A stretch of 64,000 nt of DNA, taken from IMG/VR virus record IMGVR_UViG_3300025141_016022; one strand, 5' to 3'. The DNA comes from a virus. Every line of letters starts with the position of its first letter. Position 1 is the first letter of the stretch. Shown piece after piece: positions 48,682-58,516 of the stretch. Under the pieces are notes generated by a model. The model was given only the letters and a program-made list of their open reading frames with translations. It ran no database searches and was not told the origin of the DNA. Made by a program: the position numbers and the translations under genes.

Positions 48682-49095
48682 ATGTCTAGGCCTACATGGG
48701 ATAAAATATGGATGGAGTTTGCACATTCTATATCTAAGAGATCATATGATCCAAGATATAGAGTTGGAGCGGTAATTATAACTAATGATAATACTCAGGT
48801 ACTGTCTGTAGGCTATAATGGAAATTATGCTGGCGGTCCTAACGAAGTAGAGTCAGAAACACCAGGCAAGTCTGGTATGCTGCATGCTGAAATTAATGCT
48901 CTTCTTAAAATGGACTATAACAATCCTAAGGATAAAAAATTATATCTTACACTGTCTCCATGCAGAATGTGTGCAAAAGCAATAGTCAATTCTGGAATAT
49001 CTGAAGTTTTTTATTCTGAAGTGTATAGAGATGATTCATCTTTTAAAATACTAGATGATGCTAAAATAAAACATAAGCTAATTGATTTCAAGTAA
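48682..49095 (+). CDS. dCMP deaminase
   Basis: VGAVI, GYNG, HAEINAL, LSPCRMC. Confidence 0.9.
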   Translation: MSRPTWDKIWMEFAHSISKRSYDPRYRVGAVIITNDNTQVLSVGYNGNYAGGPNEVESETPGKSGMLHAEINALLKMDYNNPKDKKLYLTLSPCRMCAKAIVNSGISEVFYSEVYRDDSSFKILDDAKIKHKLIDFK

Positions 49096-49113
49096 ATAAT
49101 TAATAGTAGTACC

Positions 49114-49401
49114 ATGCACACATTAAATTCAAAATCTATTGACGACCTTGTTTCTTTTATTCTAGAAAATATTACTATGTCTGGGAAAGATGGTAGAATT
49201 CTTATAAAACCAGGTTTAAAATTGACACATATAGGAAATAAAAAAATACAAGGTTCAGGCCTGAACTATACGGTGACTAAGTTAGTGAATCGTGATAATG
49301 GTCTTTTGGTTAAATGTAAAAGACACGGATCATCGCCCGATAACGACGTGAATCTTTTTTTAACAATTGATGAACTAGAACAACAGTTTGAGAGAACATA
49401 A
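49114..49401 (+). CDS. Hypothetical protein
   Basis: ORF preceded by AATAATTA; coupled to the next gene. Confidence 0.65.
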   Translation: MHTLNSKSIDDLVSFILENITMSGKDGRILIKPGLKLTHIGNKKIQGSGLNYTVTKLVNRDNGLLVKCKRHGSSPDNDVNLFLTIDELEQQFERT

Positions 49402-50102
49402 TGACAATAGATAAGAAAAAACTACTAGCACAAATTAGAAGTGATCTAAAGATAGAAGGGACACTTGATGAATCAATTGTCGCTATTCCAAAAAAATTTA
49501 GACTAGCTACAGAATTGCTAAGCAATGCTAATAAAGAAAATCATGTTGAACTATATGATCAATATGTTAAAGATTTTAATCAGATAAGCGCAGAGTTAGA
49601 TGCTGTAAGCAGAGAAAATGTTAGCTCGAACGGATCTATATATAGACAGCTTAAGATAGACGAGGTTTACAATTTAAACTCAGTATACTTACATGAGCTT
49701 TATTTTAATAATATAAGTGATTTACATAGTCAAATTAAAATGGATTCAATTTCTTATATGAGACTATCTAGAGATTTTGGAACTTTTGATGCGTGGCAAC
49801 AAGACTTTATAGCATGCTGTATGGCCTCTAGGTGCGGATGGGCAGTAACATATTATAATATGTATACCCAGTCTTATATGAATTGTGTCGTTGATCTTCA
49901 CTCTTTAAATGTTCCATTTGGTGCATATCCAGTTATAGTAATGGATGTATGGCAGCATGCATACTATAGAGATTATCTCAAAGATGTTAAGTCATATGTA
50001 TACGGAATGATGAAGCAACTTAACTGGCCAGCCATAGAAAAGAGATTTAATAAGGCTGACGAAATATCAAATGTTCTTGGTGGAGGATTCAAACATGTCT
50101 AG
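49401..50102 (+). CDS. sod: Fe/Mn superoxide dismutase-like protein
   Basis: NHVELYDQYV, LHELYF, RDFGTFDAW, CGWAV, MDVWQHAYYRDY; the four metal ligands H,H,D,H are identifiable. Confidence 0.85.
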   Translation: MTIDKKKLLAQIRSDLKIEGTLDESIVAIPKKFRLATELLSNANKENHVELYDQYVKDFNQISAELDAVSRENVSSNGSIYRQLKIDEVYNLNSVYLHELYFNNISDLHSQIKMDSISYMRLSRDFGTFDAWQQDFIACCMASRCGWAVTYYNMYTQSYMNCVVDLHSLNVPFGAYPVIVMDVWQHAYYRDYLKDVKSYVYGMMKQLNWPAIEKRFNKADEISNVLGGGFKHV

Positions 50103-50706
50103 TTTAAAAGATATTACATTATTTTTAGAAGATGCAGAGAAAGAACTTTATGCTGAGCCGATGGAATCAACATCATCTGCTAGAAACGCATCAGACTCTG
50201 TAGACGATCAGATAGATTCTTTTTTAATTAATTTTGAAAATGAGTCTCTAGTGAGCAAGGAAGATCTTGTCATGGAGTCTTTAAAAGATATGAGTCTAAA
50301 AATTCTAATTGAGCAAGGTGCATCAGAAGAAGCTGAAGAAACCGAATCTGATTCTGTAATTGAAGACCCAGAGGAAGAAGAGGCTGAACCGCCAACAGGA
50401 AGCGAAAGAATAAAATCAGACGAACCTATTGAGGATGCACCTAGACTTCCCCTAGATGTTGATGCTTTTGGAAAAAGAGTTGCACGTCTAGTTCTAAATG
50501 GTCCTACTCTTCTTGATTTAAAAACTGTAATTGTTAACAGGGCATTAAATTATCTCTCTGAGAATTATGATGAGCAGCATGCCAAATCTCTTTTGCAAAT
50601 TCTTGATGAGCAGTTTGATTTCAATATTGATGATGCTGGTGCACCAACAGAAGACCATTATGCAGTTGGTGCATATGCCGGGGGAGCCAGTGCCACACCG
50701 GGATAG
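50095..50706 (+). CDS. Acidic hypothetical protein
   Basis: ATG 50095 behind GGAGGA. Confidence 0.7.
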   Translation: MSSLKDITLFLEDAEKELYAEPMESTSSARNASDSVDDQIDSFLINFENESLVSKEDLVMESLKDMSLKILIEQGASEEAEETESDSVIEDPEEEEAEPPTGSERIKSDEPIEDAPRLPLDVDAFGKRVARLVLNGPTLLDLKTVIVNRALNYLSENYDEQHAKSLLQILDEQFDFNIDDAGAPTEDHYAVGAYAGGASATPG

Positions 50707-50707
50707 A

Positions 50708-50986
50708 ATGGATATATTAAAAGAAATTGAGAGAAGAAAGTCCCTTCATTTTAATATTACAACATCAGCCCATAGTGCAGTTCGAATAAAGTGTTTTCAG
50801 CATGGTATTACCATGCAAGATTTTTTTGAAGAAATGTCTCAGCTCGTAGAATCAGACTCTCCGCTTACAAATACTATAATGGAAAATATTGCTGAGAAGA
50901 AAAAGAATAGAAAAATTAAAAAACTAACGGAAACAGATGTAGACTCTTTATATACAATGATAGAAAGAGAAATAAGTGAGAAATAG
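50708..50986 (+). CDS. Small ribbon-helix-helix-like DNA-binding protein
   Basis: KSLHFNITTSAHSAVRIKCFQHGITMQDFFEE; ATG 50708 follows the previous stop. Confidence 0.5.
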   Translation: MDILKEIERRKSLHFNITTSAHSAVRIKCFQHGITMQDFFEEMSQLVESDSPLTNTIMENIAEKKKNRKIKKLTETDVDSLYTMIEREISEK

Positions 50987-51272
50987 ATTGAAATTAAAAT
51001 TTTTCAAACTTGTAGATAAAGTTAGAAATATATTTGTAAGAATTTTACTGGGAAAGTCTGCTCAAAATTCACTGGGAGAAATTGAAAATATGAAATCTCA
51101 AATAGAGTTTATGTCTGGAATTTTATCTGAGCAGTCAAGATTAATTGCATCAGTAGCACTAATTCAGAGCGATTTAGCCAAAAGTATCTCAGACTCTAAG
51201 TCTACAACAAGTGAATCATCAGATTATCTTCTTTTAAAAATACCTATAGCTAGCGATGATTTTTTAAACTAG
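50976..51272 (+). CDS. Hypothetical protein
   Basis: ORF continuing the operon. Confidence 0.55.
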   Translation: MRNRLKLKFFKLVDKVRNIFVRILLGKSAQNSLGEIENMKSQIEFMSGILSEQSRLIASVALIQSDLAKSISDSKSTTSESSDYLLLKIPIASDDFLN

Positions 51273-51293
51273 TTCTTTGGGGTATATTTATAT

Positions 51294-51551
51294 ATGAAAC
51301 CGGAGATAGATATGGGCGACAATGAGATTGACATTAAAGAGGCAAAAGCCTTTATCGAGGGAGAGAGGCTCGGCCTGGTTGATAGAATTGTAGGAAGGCT
51401 TATTTCAAGAAAGTTTTTTGTTTTTTTAACTGCCACAGCACTTCTAATCTGGAGCAATTTAGATCCAGATACCTGGGGAATGATAGCAATGATTTACATT
51501 GGAGGCCAGACAGTAATTGATGCAGCAATTTCCTGGAAACATGGCAAATGA
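51294..51551 (+). CDS. Small two-TM membrane protein, holin-like
   Basis: SRKFFVFLTATALLIW and WGMIAMIYIGGQTVID hydrophobic helices; 85 aa. Confidence 0.55.
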   Translation: MKPEIDMGDNEIDIKEAKAFIEGERLGLVDRIVGRLISRKFFVFLTATALLIWSNLDPDTWGMIAMIYIGGQTVIDAAISWKHGK

Positions 51552-51952
51552 TTGAGATGATTACTATGGCTGCAATAAAAGAGTTTTTTAGTAAACTATA
51601 TTCATTTTGTAAGAAGTACTGGCAGCTTCTTGCAGGAATGTCTATTGGTATTATTTTATTCCTTATCTCTAGAGACATGTCAGGAATGAAAAAAACAATG
51701 AAGAAATTTAAAGAATCATCAAGTGAAGAAAGAGATAGGTCACTTGAAATTGAGAGAGAGAAGAATACTAAAGTTGATGAAGCAATTAATAAGTTTGAAA
51801 AAGATATTAAAGATGCTGCAACATCACTAGTTGAAAGAGATGAAAGAATAAAAGCTGAAAAAGACAAAGAGGTAGATGACCTTCTTCAAAAAGAAAGTGA
51901 TGAAAGAGGGGCAATAGCAGAAGAGATACAAAAAAAGATAGACAGTATTTAA
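51548..51952 (+). CDS. N-anchored coiled-coil membrane protein, i-spanin-like
   Basis: Single TM (WQLLAGMSIGIILFLI) then a charged coiled coil; overlaps the holin-like gene. Confidence 0.5.
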   Translation: MIEMITMAAIKEFFSKLYSFCKKYWQLLAGMSIGIILFLISRDMSGMKKTMKKFKESSSEERDRSLEIEREKNTKVDEAINKFEKDIKDAATSLVERDERIKAEKDKEVDDLLQKESDERGAIAEEIQKKIDSI

Positions 51953-51984
51953 CCTCATACAAGAGATTGTGTAATATTATCATC

Positions 51985-52446
51985 ATGTCTTTATTTTCAT
52001 TTCTATGTAAGCAGATAATTTTTATCAGTATTTCTACACAAATTATCCTTTTTCCATCAATATCATATGGGCAAGATGCAGTACCAATAGATGAAGGAGT
52101 GCCAGCTCCGTTTTCTGGAACTCTTTTGACAAATGAGGCGGCAGCTTCTCTTCTTGCAGAGATAAATTCTTGCCACGATAGAACTGATTCATCTCTTGCA
52201 TTTGAGCTTGAGAGTGAGAGAGCAAGATGCGAGTTAAATACATCTCTTCTCCAGATTAATCTCGATAGTCAGCAAGAAAGGTATAATAGTATTATAAGAT
52301 CTCAAGATGAACAGCTTGAATATCTCTTAAAGGCTAATAATCCGAAGATATCTAGAGAGGTTTTATTTATTATAGGGGTTACTTCTGGTATTCTAGCAAC
52401 TGTCGGAGCGGGCTATGGTGTTCATCTAGTTTCTAATTCAAGATAA
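51985..52446 (+). CDS. Exported coiled-coil protein with C-terminal TM (spanin partner candidate)
   Basis: Signal-like N-terminus, GVPAPFSGTLL, coiled coil, C-terminal hydrophobic helix. Confidence 0.45.
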   Translation: MSLFSFLCKQIIFISISTQIILFPSISYGQDAVPIDEGVPAPFSGTLLTNEAAASLLAEINSCHDRTDSSLAFELESERARCELNTSLLQINLDSQQERYNSIIRSQDEQLEYLLKANNPKISREVLFIIGVTSGILATVGAGYGVHLVSNSR

Positions 52447-52491
52447 ATAACTTCTTTTTGCATAATAATTACATCTAGGAGATGTGTTGAC

Positions 52492-54669
52492 ATGAATGTC
52501 GTTGTAAATAAAAAGGCACTATTTAAAGCACTGGTTGAAACTTTAGCTAGTGAAGAGCCAGAACCAGAATTTGATAGAATTTCTATGGGGGATGATGAGC
52601 CAATTACCCCTTCTGAATTAATGTCAACTCAGCTATCTGAAGAAATGCCCCCAGTGGAAGATGAAGATTTTATTCCATCTTCTCTTGAAGAGCTAGCTAG
52701 ATCAGCGTATGTAATAGCTAAAGAGACACCGCCTACTGAGATAGAATATTTCTATAGAAAGCTTCATGAGCTTTTAGACAGCGCTCTTGATAGAGAGGCT
52801 GAAAGACATATGAAGGTTGAAAGGTTTGAAAAAATTATTGGAAATATTCTCTTAGAGTCAAATGATATGAGAGATCTTTTACTAAGAAAAATATCAGATC
52901 GAGTTGCAAATGGTGAAATTGATTCTTATTCAGCTGCTTTGGAGCTATCTGATACATATGATGAATTCGATGGCGACAGCCCAGAAGATATTCAAATGGA
53001 AATTGAAAGTATTGGAATCGAAGAGTTTGAACCAGATAAGCCTGATGATTCTACAGATGCTGAAGTTTTAAGTACTCCTGAGAAATCTGATTCAAAAAAA
53101 TCAACACCCCAGGATATAACAGACCAGGATGATGATTCATTTGAATATTCAGATGAAGATTACAATAAAGATCTTGAAAGAGAGGTGCAGGAAGACTCTG
53201 CAGAATCCATTGCCGCTGATATTGTTGGCTTAATTATGAAAAAAGGCTTGCACACTACAGTCCTAAGAGATCCTGAAACAGGAGTCGCTGAGATGGTTCC
53301 TGTAGTTATAGTTGATCCCAATACAGGTGATTTTAAATTATCTGAAAAAGAAATGAGGGTTCTTGCATCTGAGTCATATGGTTTCGAAATTATAAAGACT
53401 GCACTTGAAATGTCTGACATATCTAGGTTATTTGATAAATTAAAAGGCGCAGCTGGAAGTGATAAAGGAGCTTATCTATGGCTATATTCAAATTTAAGTG
53501 AAATTCTTGGAAAAGAGGGAAATCCAGTATCATCAGAGCTTGGTGCTGAGATGTATGCAAATCAAATTGCAGATACAATTGGAAAATATGGCGAAGCTGT
53601 TAGGGATCAACTTTTAGCAATGGCTGATCAGGTAGAGGAAAAAACTGAAGATATAGCAACACAAATTGGTCGAGGAAGTGATTCATTATCAATAGTTGTC
53701 CCTCCTGGTGAAATGTCTTCTGCTTTAAGAATGGTTGCAGATCAAAGGCTTGAAGTTCCAAAGAAAGGACGCCCAAGACTTTATGATGAAGATGAACCTC
53801 GTGAGGCTATGACACCCGAAATGAGAAAGCAAATTAGAGCAGAAAGAAGAAAGGCAGAGCTTGATCTAGAGTTTGAACCAGGAAAGATGCATCTCTCGCC
53901 TAAGGCATTGAGGGCAATGATGGATGATATTTCAAATAGTCTCGGTGTTTCTCTAGGAAATGTTAGAAATGTTATATATGATGACCTTAAAGTATATGGA
54001 TTGCCAGCAGAAGATTTAAGAAAGATGGTTCAGGTCGATAAGATTCCAGGCGGAAGAGAAAAAATTCCATTTACATATGACCCGCTTAGAGTTCAGGCAA
54101 AAGAAGATATTGTAGAAAAACTATATGACATGTATACAGGAGCAATGAAATCATACGTTCAAGAAGTTATTGATAGCGGAGACGAAGATGATAAAGATGT
54201 AGGAAGATCTTATATGGAACTTTTCTTTGCTGACGATGGCCTATATCAGCCAGGACTCGATGGCTATATAAGATTACAATCTCAGGTAGGCGGTCCTACA
54301 CTGGATGATCCAGACTCTGTTGATATTAATGATTCTGCATTTAGAGTGAAGAGAAAGGCATATGACTTTATTCAAGAGTTCATTGACCAGGTTGCAAGGG
54401 AGTGGCTAGATCCGACATCACCTGAATACAAACAGGCGAAAGAAGGCGGAATGAGAGCATTCTTAAGTTCAATGGTTAATGATAAAGTATTTAGTGATGT
54501 AAGCTCTAGAGGGGATATGGAAAAAATTATAAAGTCAGAAACTGACGGTATAGAAAATATGTTTGATGAAGAAAAGCTTAAAAATATTATAGATGTTGTA
54601 TTTGACAAGGCACCAAGAAGAACAAAGAAATATATCGCCAGAGTTGAAAAAGAGCTAGGGGGAAAATAA
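52492..54669 (+). CDS. Large acidic hypothetical protein (725 aa)
   Basis: AGGAG SD; AATAATTA upstream; Asp/Glu-rich. Confidence 0.75.
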   Translation: MNVVVNKKALFKALVETLASEEPEPEFDRISMGDDEPITPSELMSTQLSEEMPPVEDEDFIPSSLEELARSAYVIAKETPPTEIEYFYRKLHELLDSALDREAERHMKVERFEKIIGNILLESNDMRDLLLRKISDRVANGEIDSYSAALELSDTYDEFDGDSPEDIQMEIESIGIEEFEPDKPDDSTDAEVLSTPEKSDSKKSTPQDITDQDDDSFEYSDEDYNKDLEREVQEDSAESIAADIVGLIMKKGLHTTVLRDPETGVAEMVPVVIVDPNTGDFKLSEKEMRVLASESYGFEIIKTALEMSDISRLFDKLKGAAGSDKGAYLWLYSNLSEILGKEGNPVSSELGAEMYANQIADTIGKYGEAVRDQLLAMADQVEEKTEDIATQIGRGSDSLSIVVPPGEMSSALRMVADQRLEVPKKGRPRLYDEDEPREAMTPEMRKQIRAERRKAELDLEFEPGKMHLSPKALRAMMDDISNSLGVSLGNVRNVIYDDLKVYGLPAEDLRKMVQVDKIPGGREKIPFTYDPLRVQAKEDIVEKLYDMYTGAMKSYVQEVIDSGDEDDKDVGRSYMELFFADDGLYQPGLDGYIRLQSQVGGPTLDDPDSVDINDSAFRVKRKAYDFIQEFIDQVAREWLDPTSPEYKQAKEGGMRAFLSSMVNDKVFSDVSSRGDMEKIIKSETDGIENMFDEEKLKNIIDVVFDKAPRRTKKYIARVEKELGGK

Positions 54670-54670
54670 A

Positions 54671-55060
54671 ATGAGGCTATCAGAGCTTTTAGTCAATACT
54701 CAAAAAAGATCATCGACGGGTTCGACGACTATTGATAATATGTTGTCTGAAGCTTTTGAAAGCACAGTCGGCTCTGAGTCACTACCTGTTGATGTTGAAT
54801 CTTCTGTATGGGAAAATTTTGAAAATCCAAGAAGGCTCGTAAGGTCTTTTCAGTTTAACTCTTCTGGCAAGCAAAGATATTTTATAAATGAAATATTGAG
54901 CTACCAAGATAGAGAGAAGCATCATTGTAAAATGACAATAGAGGGGAATAGTATCTTAATAGAGGTTTGTACACATTATTTAAATGACGTTACCTCACTC
55001 GATCTAAAGCTAGCAAAATTTGCCGATGAGATATATCATGATACACAGTTTTTTAAATGA
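54671..55060 (+). CDS. phhB: Pterin-4-alpha-carbinolamine dehydratase-like protein
   Basis: W...LVRSFQF, EKHHCKM, CTHYLNDVTSLDLKLAKFAD. Confidence 0.75.
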   Translation: MRLSELLVNTQKRSSTGSTTIDNMLSEAFESTVGSESLPVDVESSVWENFENPRRLVRSFQFNSSGKQRYFINEILSYQDREKHHCKMTIEGNSILIEVCTHYLNDVTSLDLKLAKFADEIYHDTQFFK

Positions 55061-55401
55061 TAGATAGTGTATTTGTAAGTAACGAGATTGAATCTCGCGT
55101 AGATAAAGAAAACTTATTTGGCCATGAAAATGCCAAAATGATACCTGTATGTTTATATTTTAAAAATGAAAATATCTCTGGTGATCTTTATTGTTTTTCA
55201 GAAGAAGATGGGCTCATTTCTTTAAAATTAAAAATAATATCTAGCCCATTAGGAATATTAATCTTGCAGAAAAAAATAGAAAAGCTTATCATCGGTAGCG
55301 AAGATAGTCACTGTATTGTTTTTGACAATCCTACAATAGAATCGACTTCGCTAATAGTTGAAGAAGATATGTACATTTGTCAGATTATTATGAACAATTA
55401 G
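55057..55401 (+). CDS. Hypothetical protein
   Basis: ATGA-coupled ORF. Confidence 0.6.
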   Translation: MIDSVFVSNEIESRVDKENLFGHENAKMIPVCLYFKNENISGDLYCFSEEDGLISLKLKIISSPLGILILQKKIEKLIIGSEDSHCIVFDNPTIESTSLIVEEDMYICQIIMNN

Positions 55402-55430
55402 TAATAATTATAAATTAGCGGAGATCACCT

Positions 55431-55613
55431 ATGAAACATAAAGACGCAGAGTTCTCTTTTGACAAGTTTGTAAAAGACATAGAAATTAGAGAAGACAAGG
55501 CAAGAAAAAAAATAGAAGAGCATCAAAAAGGTCAGGATGAGCATCCTGTTAGAAAATACAATAGGCTATACAGAGAGCTATGGCAAAATAGAATTAGATT
55601 TGGGAGAAAATAA
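55431..55613 (+). CDS. Hypothetical protein (60 aa)
   Basis: GGAG SD; AATAATTA upstream. Confidence 0.65.
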   Translation: MKHKDAEFSFDKFVKDIEIREDKARKKIEEHQKGQDEHPVRKYNRLYRELWQNRIRFGRK

Positions 55614-56386
55614 TGTCTTTGATTAAGCTAAAAACAAAAGAAGAGATAAAAGATTTCTTTAGAATACTTGCTGAAGAAAGTATTAAAGAGGCTAAAAAAG
55701 AAGTTTTCTCTGATGACCCAATGGCTTCTCGTATTTCTCGACTTGCAGCAGAAGATAAAAAAGCATATGGGATAAAAGAGCAAGGTGCATCTTCTCAACC
55801 GTCAGTAACGATTTCTAGATCACAGCCTGAGGAAGATGTATCACCTGATATTAATATTGATGTCGATAATGATTTAGAATCAAATGAAGAATCAGAAGAT
55901 GTAGAAGATGTAAGTGTAGTAACAACTGATGATGTAGATATAGAAGATGTATCACTAGACGCAATAGAGAAAAAAATAAATGCACTTAGGGGCGGAAGAT
56001 CTCTTAAAGATAGAGATACTGCAGATGACTTAGGGAGATATTTTGACCTATTGAGTCAGGCAGAAAGAAAAGCCCTGTATGCTTTCTTGACTGCATTATC
56101 ATCGATGATGACCGGTGCTAGTTCTGGTGATGATGCAGATGATCCAAGTGAACCACCATACAATGTAACAATGACAACGGGTACTGATATAGAGGTTGAA
56201 GATTCAGTTTCAACAGAATTCATTGACAATTCTCTTGCCGATGAAACTGAAGAGTTTGAAGAAGATGCTTTAGAACCTGAAGATCAAGAAGATGAAGATG
56301 TTCCAATTAGAGTAGGTGCAGTTCAAGAAGGTAGATCAATTTCAAATATAAGAAATAAAGTTCAGGAGCTTCTAAAGAGATCATGA
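55613..56386 (+). CDS. Acidic hypothetical protein
   Basis: TAATG-coupled ORF. Confidence 0.7.
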   Translation: MSLIKLKTKEEIKDFFRILAEESIKEAKKEVFSDDPMASRISRLAAEDKKAYGIKEQGASSQPSVTISRSQPEEDVSPDINIDVDNDLESNEESEDVEDVSVVTTDDVDIEDVSLDAIEKKINALRGGRSLKDRDTADDLGRYFDLLSQAERKALYAFLTALSSMMTGASSGDDADDPSEPPYNVTMTTGTDIEVEDSVSTEFIDNSLADETEEFEEDALEPEDQEDEDVPIRVGAVQEGRSISNIRNKVQELLKRS

Positions 56387-56571
56387 AAATACAAAATCCA
56401 AAAATAGCAAGAGTTCTAGATCTTTCTGATAATACAAAAATGTCTGTTGAGCTAGATGATAAGATTATCAATAAGATAAAAGAAGCATACAGTATTGATC
56501 ATATTGAAGATGTACACATTGAAAGATTTTTTGAAGAAATTTTAGAAGACGCTATCAAAAGATCGCAGTAG
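56383..56571 (+). CDS. Hypothetical protein (62 aa)
   Basis: ATGA-coupled ORF. Confidence 0.55.
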   Translation: MKIQNPKIARVLDLSDNTKMSVELDDKIINKIKEAYSIDHIEDVHIERFFEEILEDAIKRSQ

Positions 56572-56579
56572 GCAATAGA

Positions 56580-57851
56580 GTGAATCTAGATCTTGAAAGA
56601 TTTGAAAGTATTCTTCTGGCAGAAGGTACAATTATGTCTGAAAAGGATAGTGAGGAATATATTCTTGAGCTTGATGATTTAATTATGTCAATGAAGTCTC
56701 TCAAAGATACGCTGGGAAGAGGCAAAGATAGGCTAATGCACAGAAAGGAAAGACACCGCCTTCAGGGTGCAATTGAAGCTGTTCGGTATCTAAAAAGAAA
56801 ATCTAAAAGAAAAAGGGAGCGAATGCTCTCTGAGGGCGGGAAGAAAATTCAGCACCTTCCAAATGAAAGCAAGGCTGTCCTATCTCCCACAGTAGTTACG
56901 CAAGCAGTTACTCTCTATAAAGAACTCTTGGACAGTTTTAATAATCATCTTGAAAGAAAAGGGATTGATCCCGTATCGCCAGATCGTCCAGTAGGATCTA
57001 CTGCATATTACCAAGAAGATCTTGCTGATGGATCTGAAACTATATACGGTGACATTGACTACCTTGTTGTCTTTCCAAGAGCTGATGGATCTACTCTCCG
57101 CGATGCCAGGCAGTCTCAGGCTCACGCTGAAAAAAACTATAAAGATGAATTTTTAAATTTTTTAAATGATTCCCCGCCATCGTTTGTTGATGTACAATTG
57201 ACAGGAGATGTATCTCCCACTATGGTAATTCTCACCCTTTCAGATGGAAAGAAAGTTCAAGTTGATATGATATCAACTATTCCTAGATATCAAGAATGGA
57301 TGAACTCAAGATGGGTTCCAGAAAGAGGGGTAAAGGGATATGTAGGGGGAAATCTATATCGGGCAATAGGTGATTCACTTCTTTTAACTTTAGGTGCGCA
57401 AGGCGTTCTTGCAAGAGTTAAGGACGGAAAAAGAGTTACATCAAGGGACAGGGGGAAAGATGTTGAGTTTGTTCAAGTTTCTGTAAATCCAAAAACTTTC
57501 TTTAGAGATATCGTGCTTTATCTGGCTGGTAAATCTTCAAAAATCTCTCCGGAGCTCGAGAGTCATCAAGGTGTTGATCCTGATCAAATCTCTATTGGAA
57601 GCATTGCAAAAGGCGCTAGAGTTGTTGCTGAAAATCTTGCTACAAACAATGCATTGCCTGAAAAGTTTGGTTCTGCAGAAGAACTCCTTGCAGAGATTCT
57701 TGCTCGATTCAAAATACTCCTTGATGCATCTGTTGCTAAAAAAATAGCTCCAGGGAAAGATGGATCTAAAATTTCTACAGAAAAAGCAAATAATCTAGTA
57801 AAGATGAACTCTGAACAGTATAATAATGTTAAAAATGAATTTAACTTATAA
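56580..57851 (+). CDS. Pol-beta-superfamily nucleotidyltransferase-like protein
   Basis: LSEGG...PVGSTA...YGDIDYLV...VQVDMI...GVKGY; paralogous to the third domain of 58513..63081. Confidence 0.65.
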   Translation: MNLDLERFESILLAEGTIMSEKDSEEYILELDDLIMSMKSLKDTLGRGKDRLMHRKERHRLQGAIEAVRYLKRKSKRKRERMLSEGGKKIQHLPNESKAVLSPTVVTQAVTLYKELLDSFNNHLERKGIDPVSPDRPVGSTAYYQEDLADGSETIYGDIDYLVVFPRADGSTLRDARQSQAHAEKNYKDEFLNFLNDSPPSFVDVQLTGDVSPTMVILTLSDGKKVQVDMISTIPRYQEWMNSRWVPERGVKGYVGGNLYRAIGDSLLLTLGAQGVLARVKDGKRVTSRDRGKDVEFVQVSVNPKTFFRDIVLYLAGKSSKISPELESHQGVDPDQISIGSIAKGARVVAENLATNNALPEKFGSAEELLAEILARFKILLDASVAKKIAPGKDGSKISTEKANNLVKMNSEQYNNVKNEFNL

Positions 57852-57862
57852 TATGATGTGTA

Positions 57863-58516
57863 ATGGATTTCTTTATATCTGATTGTCACTTTGGGCACAA
57901 GAACATAATAAAATATATGAATCGGCCATTTGAATCTGTTGAGGATATGGATAATTCAATGATTGATTCGTGGAACAGTGTTGTTTCACATTCTGATAGA
58001 GTCTTTTTAGTAGGAGACGCTTTTTTGTGTGATGAGAATCGTGCAGCAGATATAATGGACAGGATGAATGGATATAAGATTCTTATAGCAGGAAATCATG
58101 ATAGGTCTAAGAAAACAATGCTATCTATGGGATTTAATGAGTATCATAGAGAGCTGTCTTATGATTTTGGTGATATGGGTGTTGCACTTATGAATCACTA
58201 TCCACTACCTGATACTGTGATTAAAGAGAAAGGTTTCGACTTTCTTATACATGGTCATCTTCACCATCCGCCTCATGTTCAAGGTCTTAAGGTTAATGTT
58301 GCAGCAGATCTTATTAACTTTATTCCAAAAGATTCTAATTATATAAGAGACATGCTAGCGTGTGCTAGTTCAAACGAAGAAAAAGAAAAGATAGATTTTA
58401 AAATTCAAGATAATAAGATTAGCCTGAATTTAGAAATTAGAATTGAAGATTTTTCTGGAAGTGTAGACCATATTTATAGTATACTGAGAAAGCATTGGGC
58501 TGAGGAAGAAAAATGA
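57863..58516 (+). CDS. Calcineurin-like metallophosphoesterase
   Basis: SDCHFGH, VGD, GNHD, HYP, HGHLH. Confidence 0.88.
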   Translation: MDFFISDCHFGHKNIIKYMNRPFESVEDMDNSMIDSWNSVVSHSDRVFLVGDAFLCDENRAADIMDRMNGYKILIAGNHDRSKKTMLSMGFNEYHRELSYDFGDMGVALMNHYPLPDTVIKEKGFDFLIHGHLHHPPHVQGLKVNVAADLINFIPKDSNYIRDMLACASSNEEKEKIDFKIQDNKISLNLEIRIEDFSGSVDHIYSILRKHWAEEEK

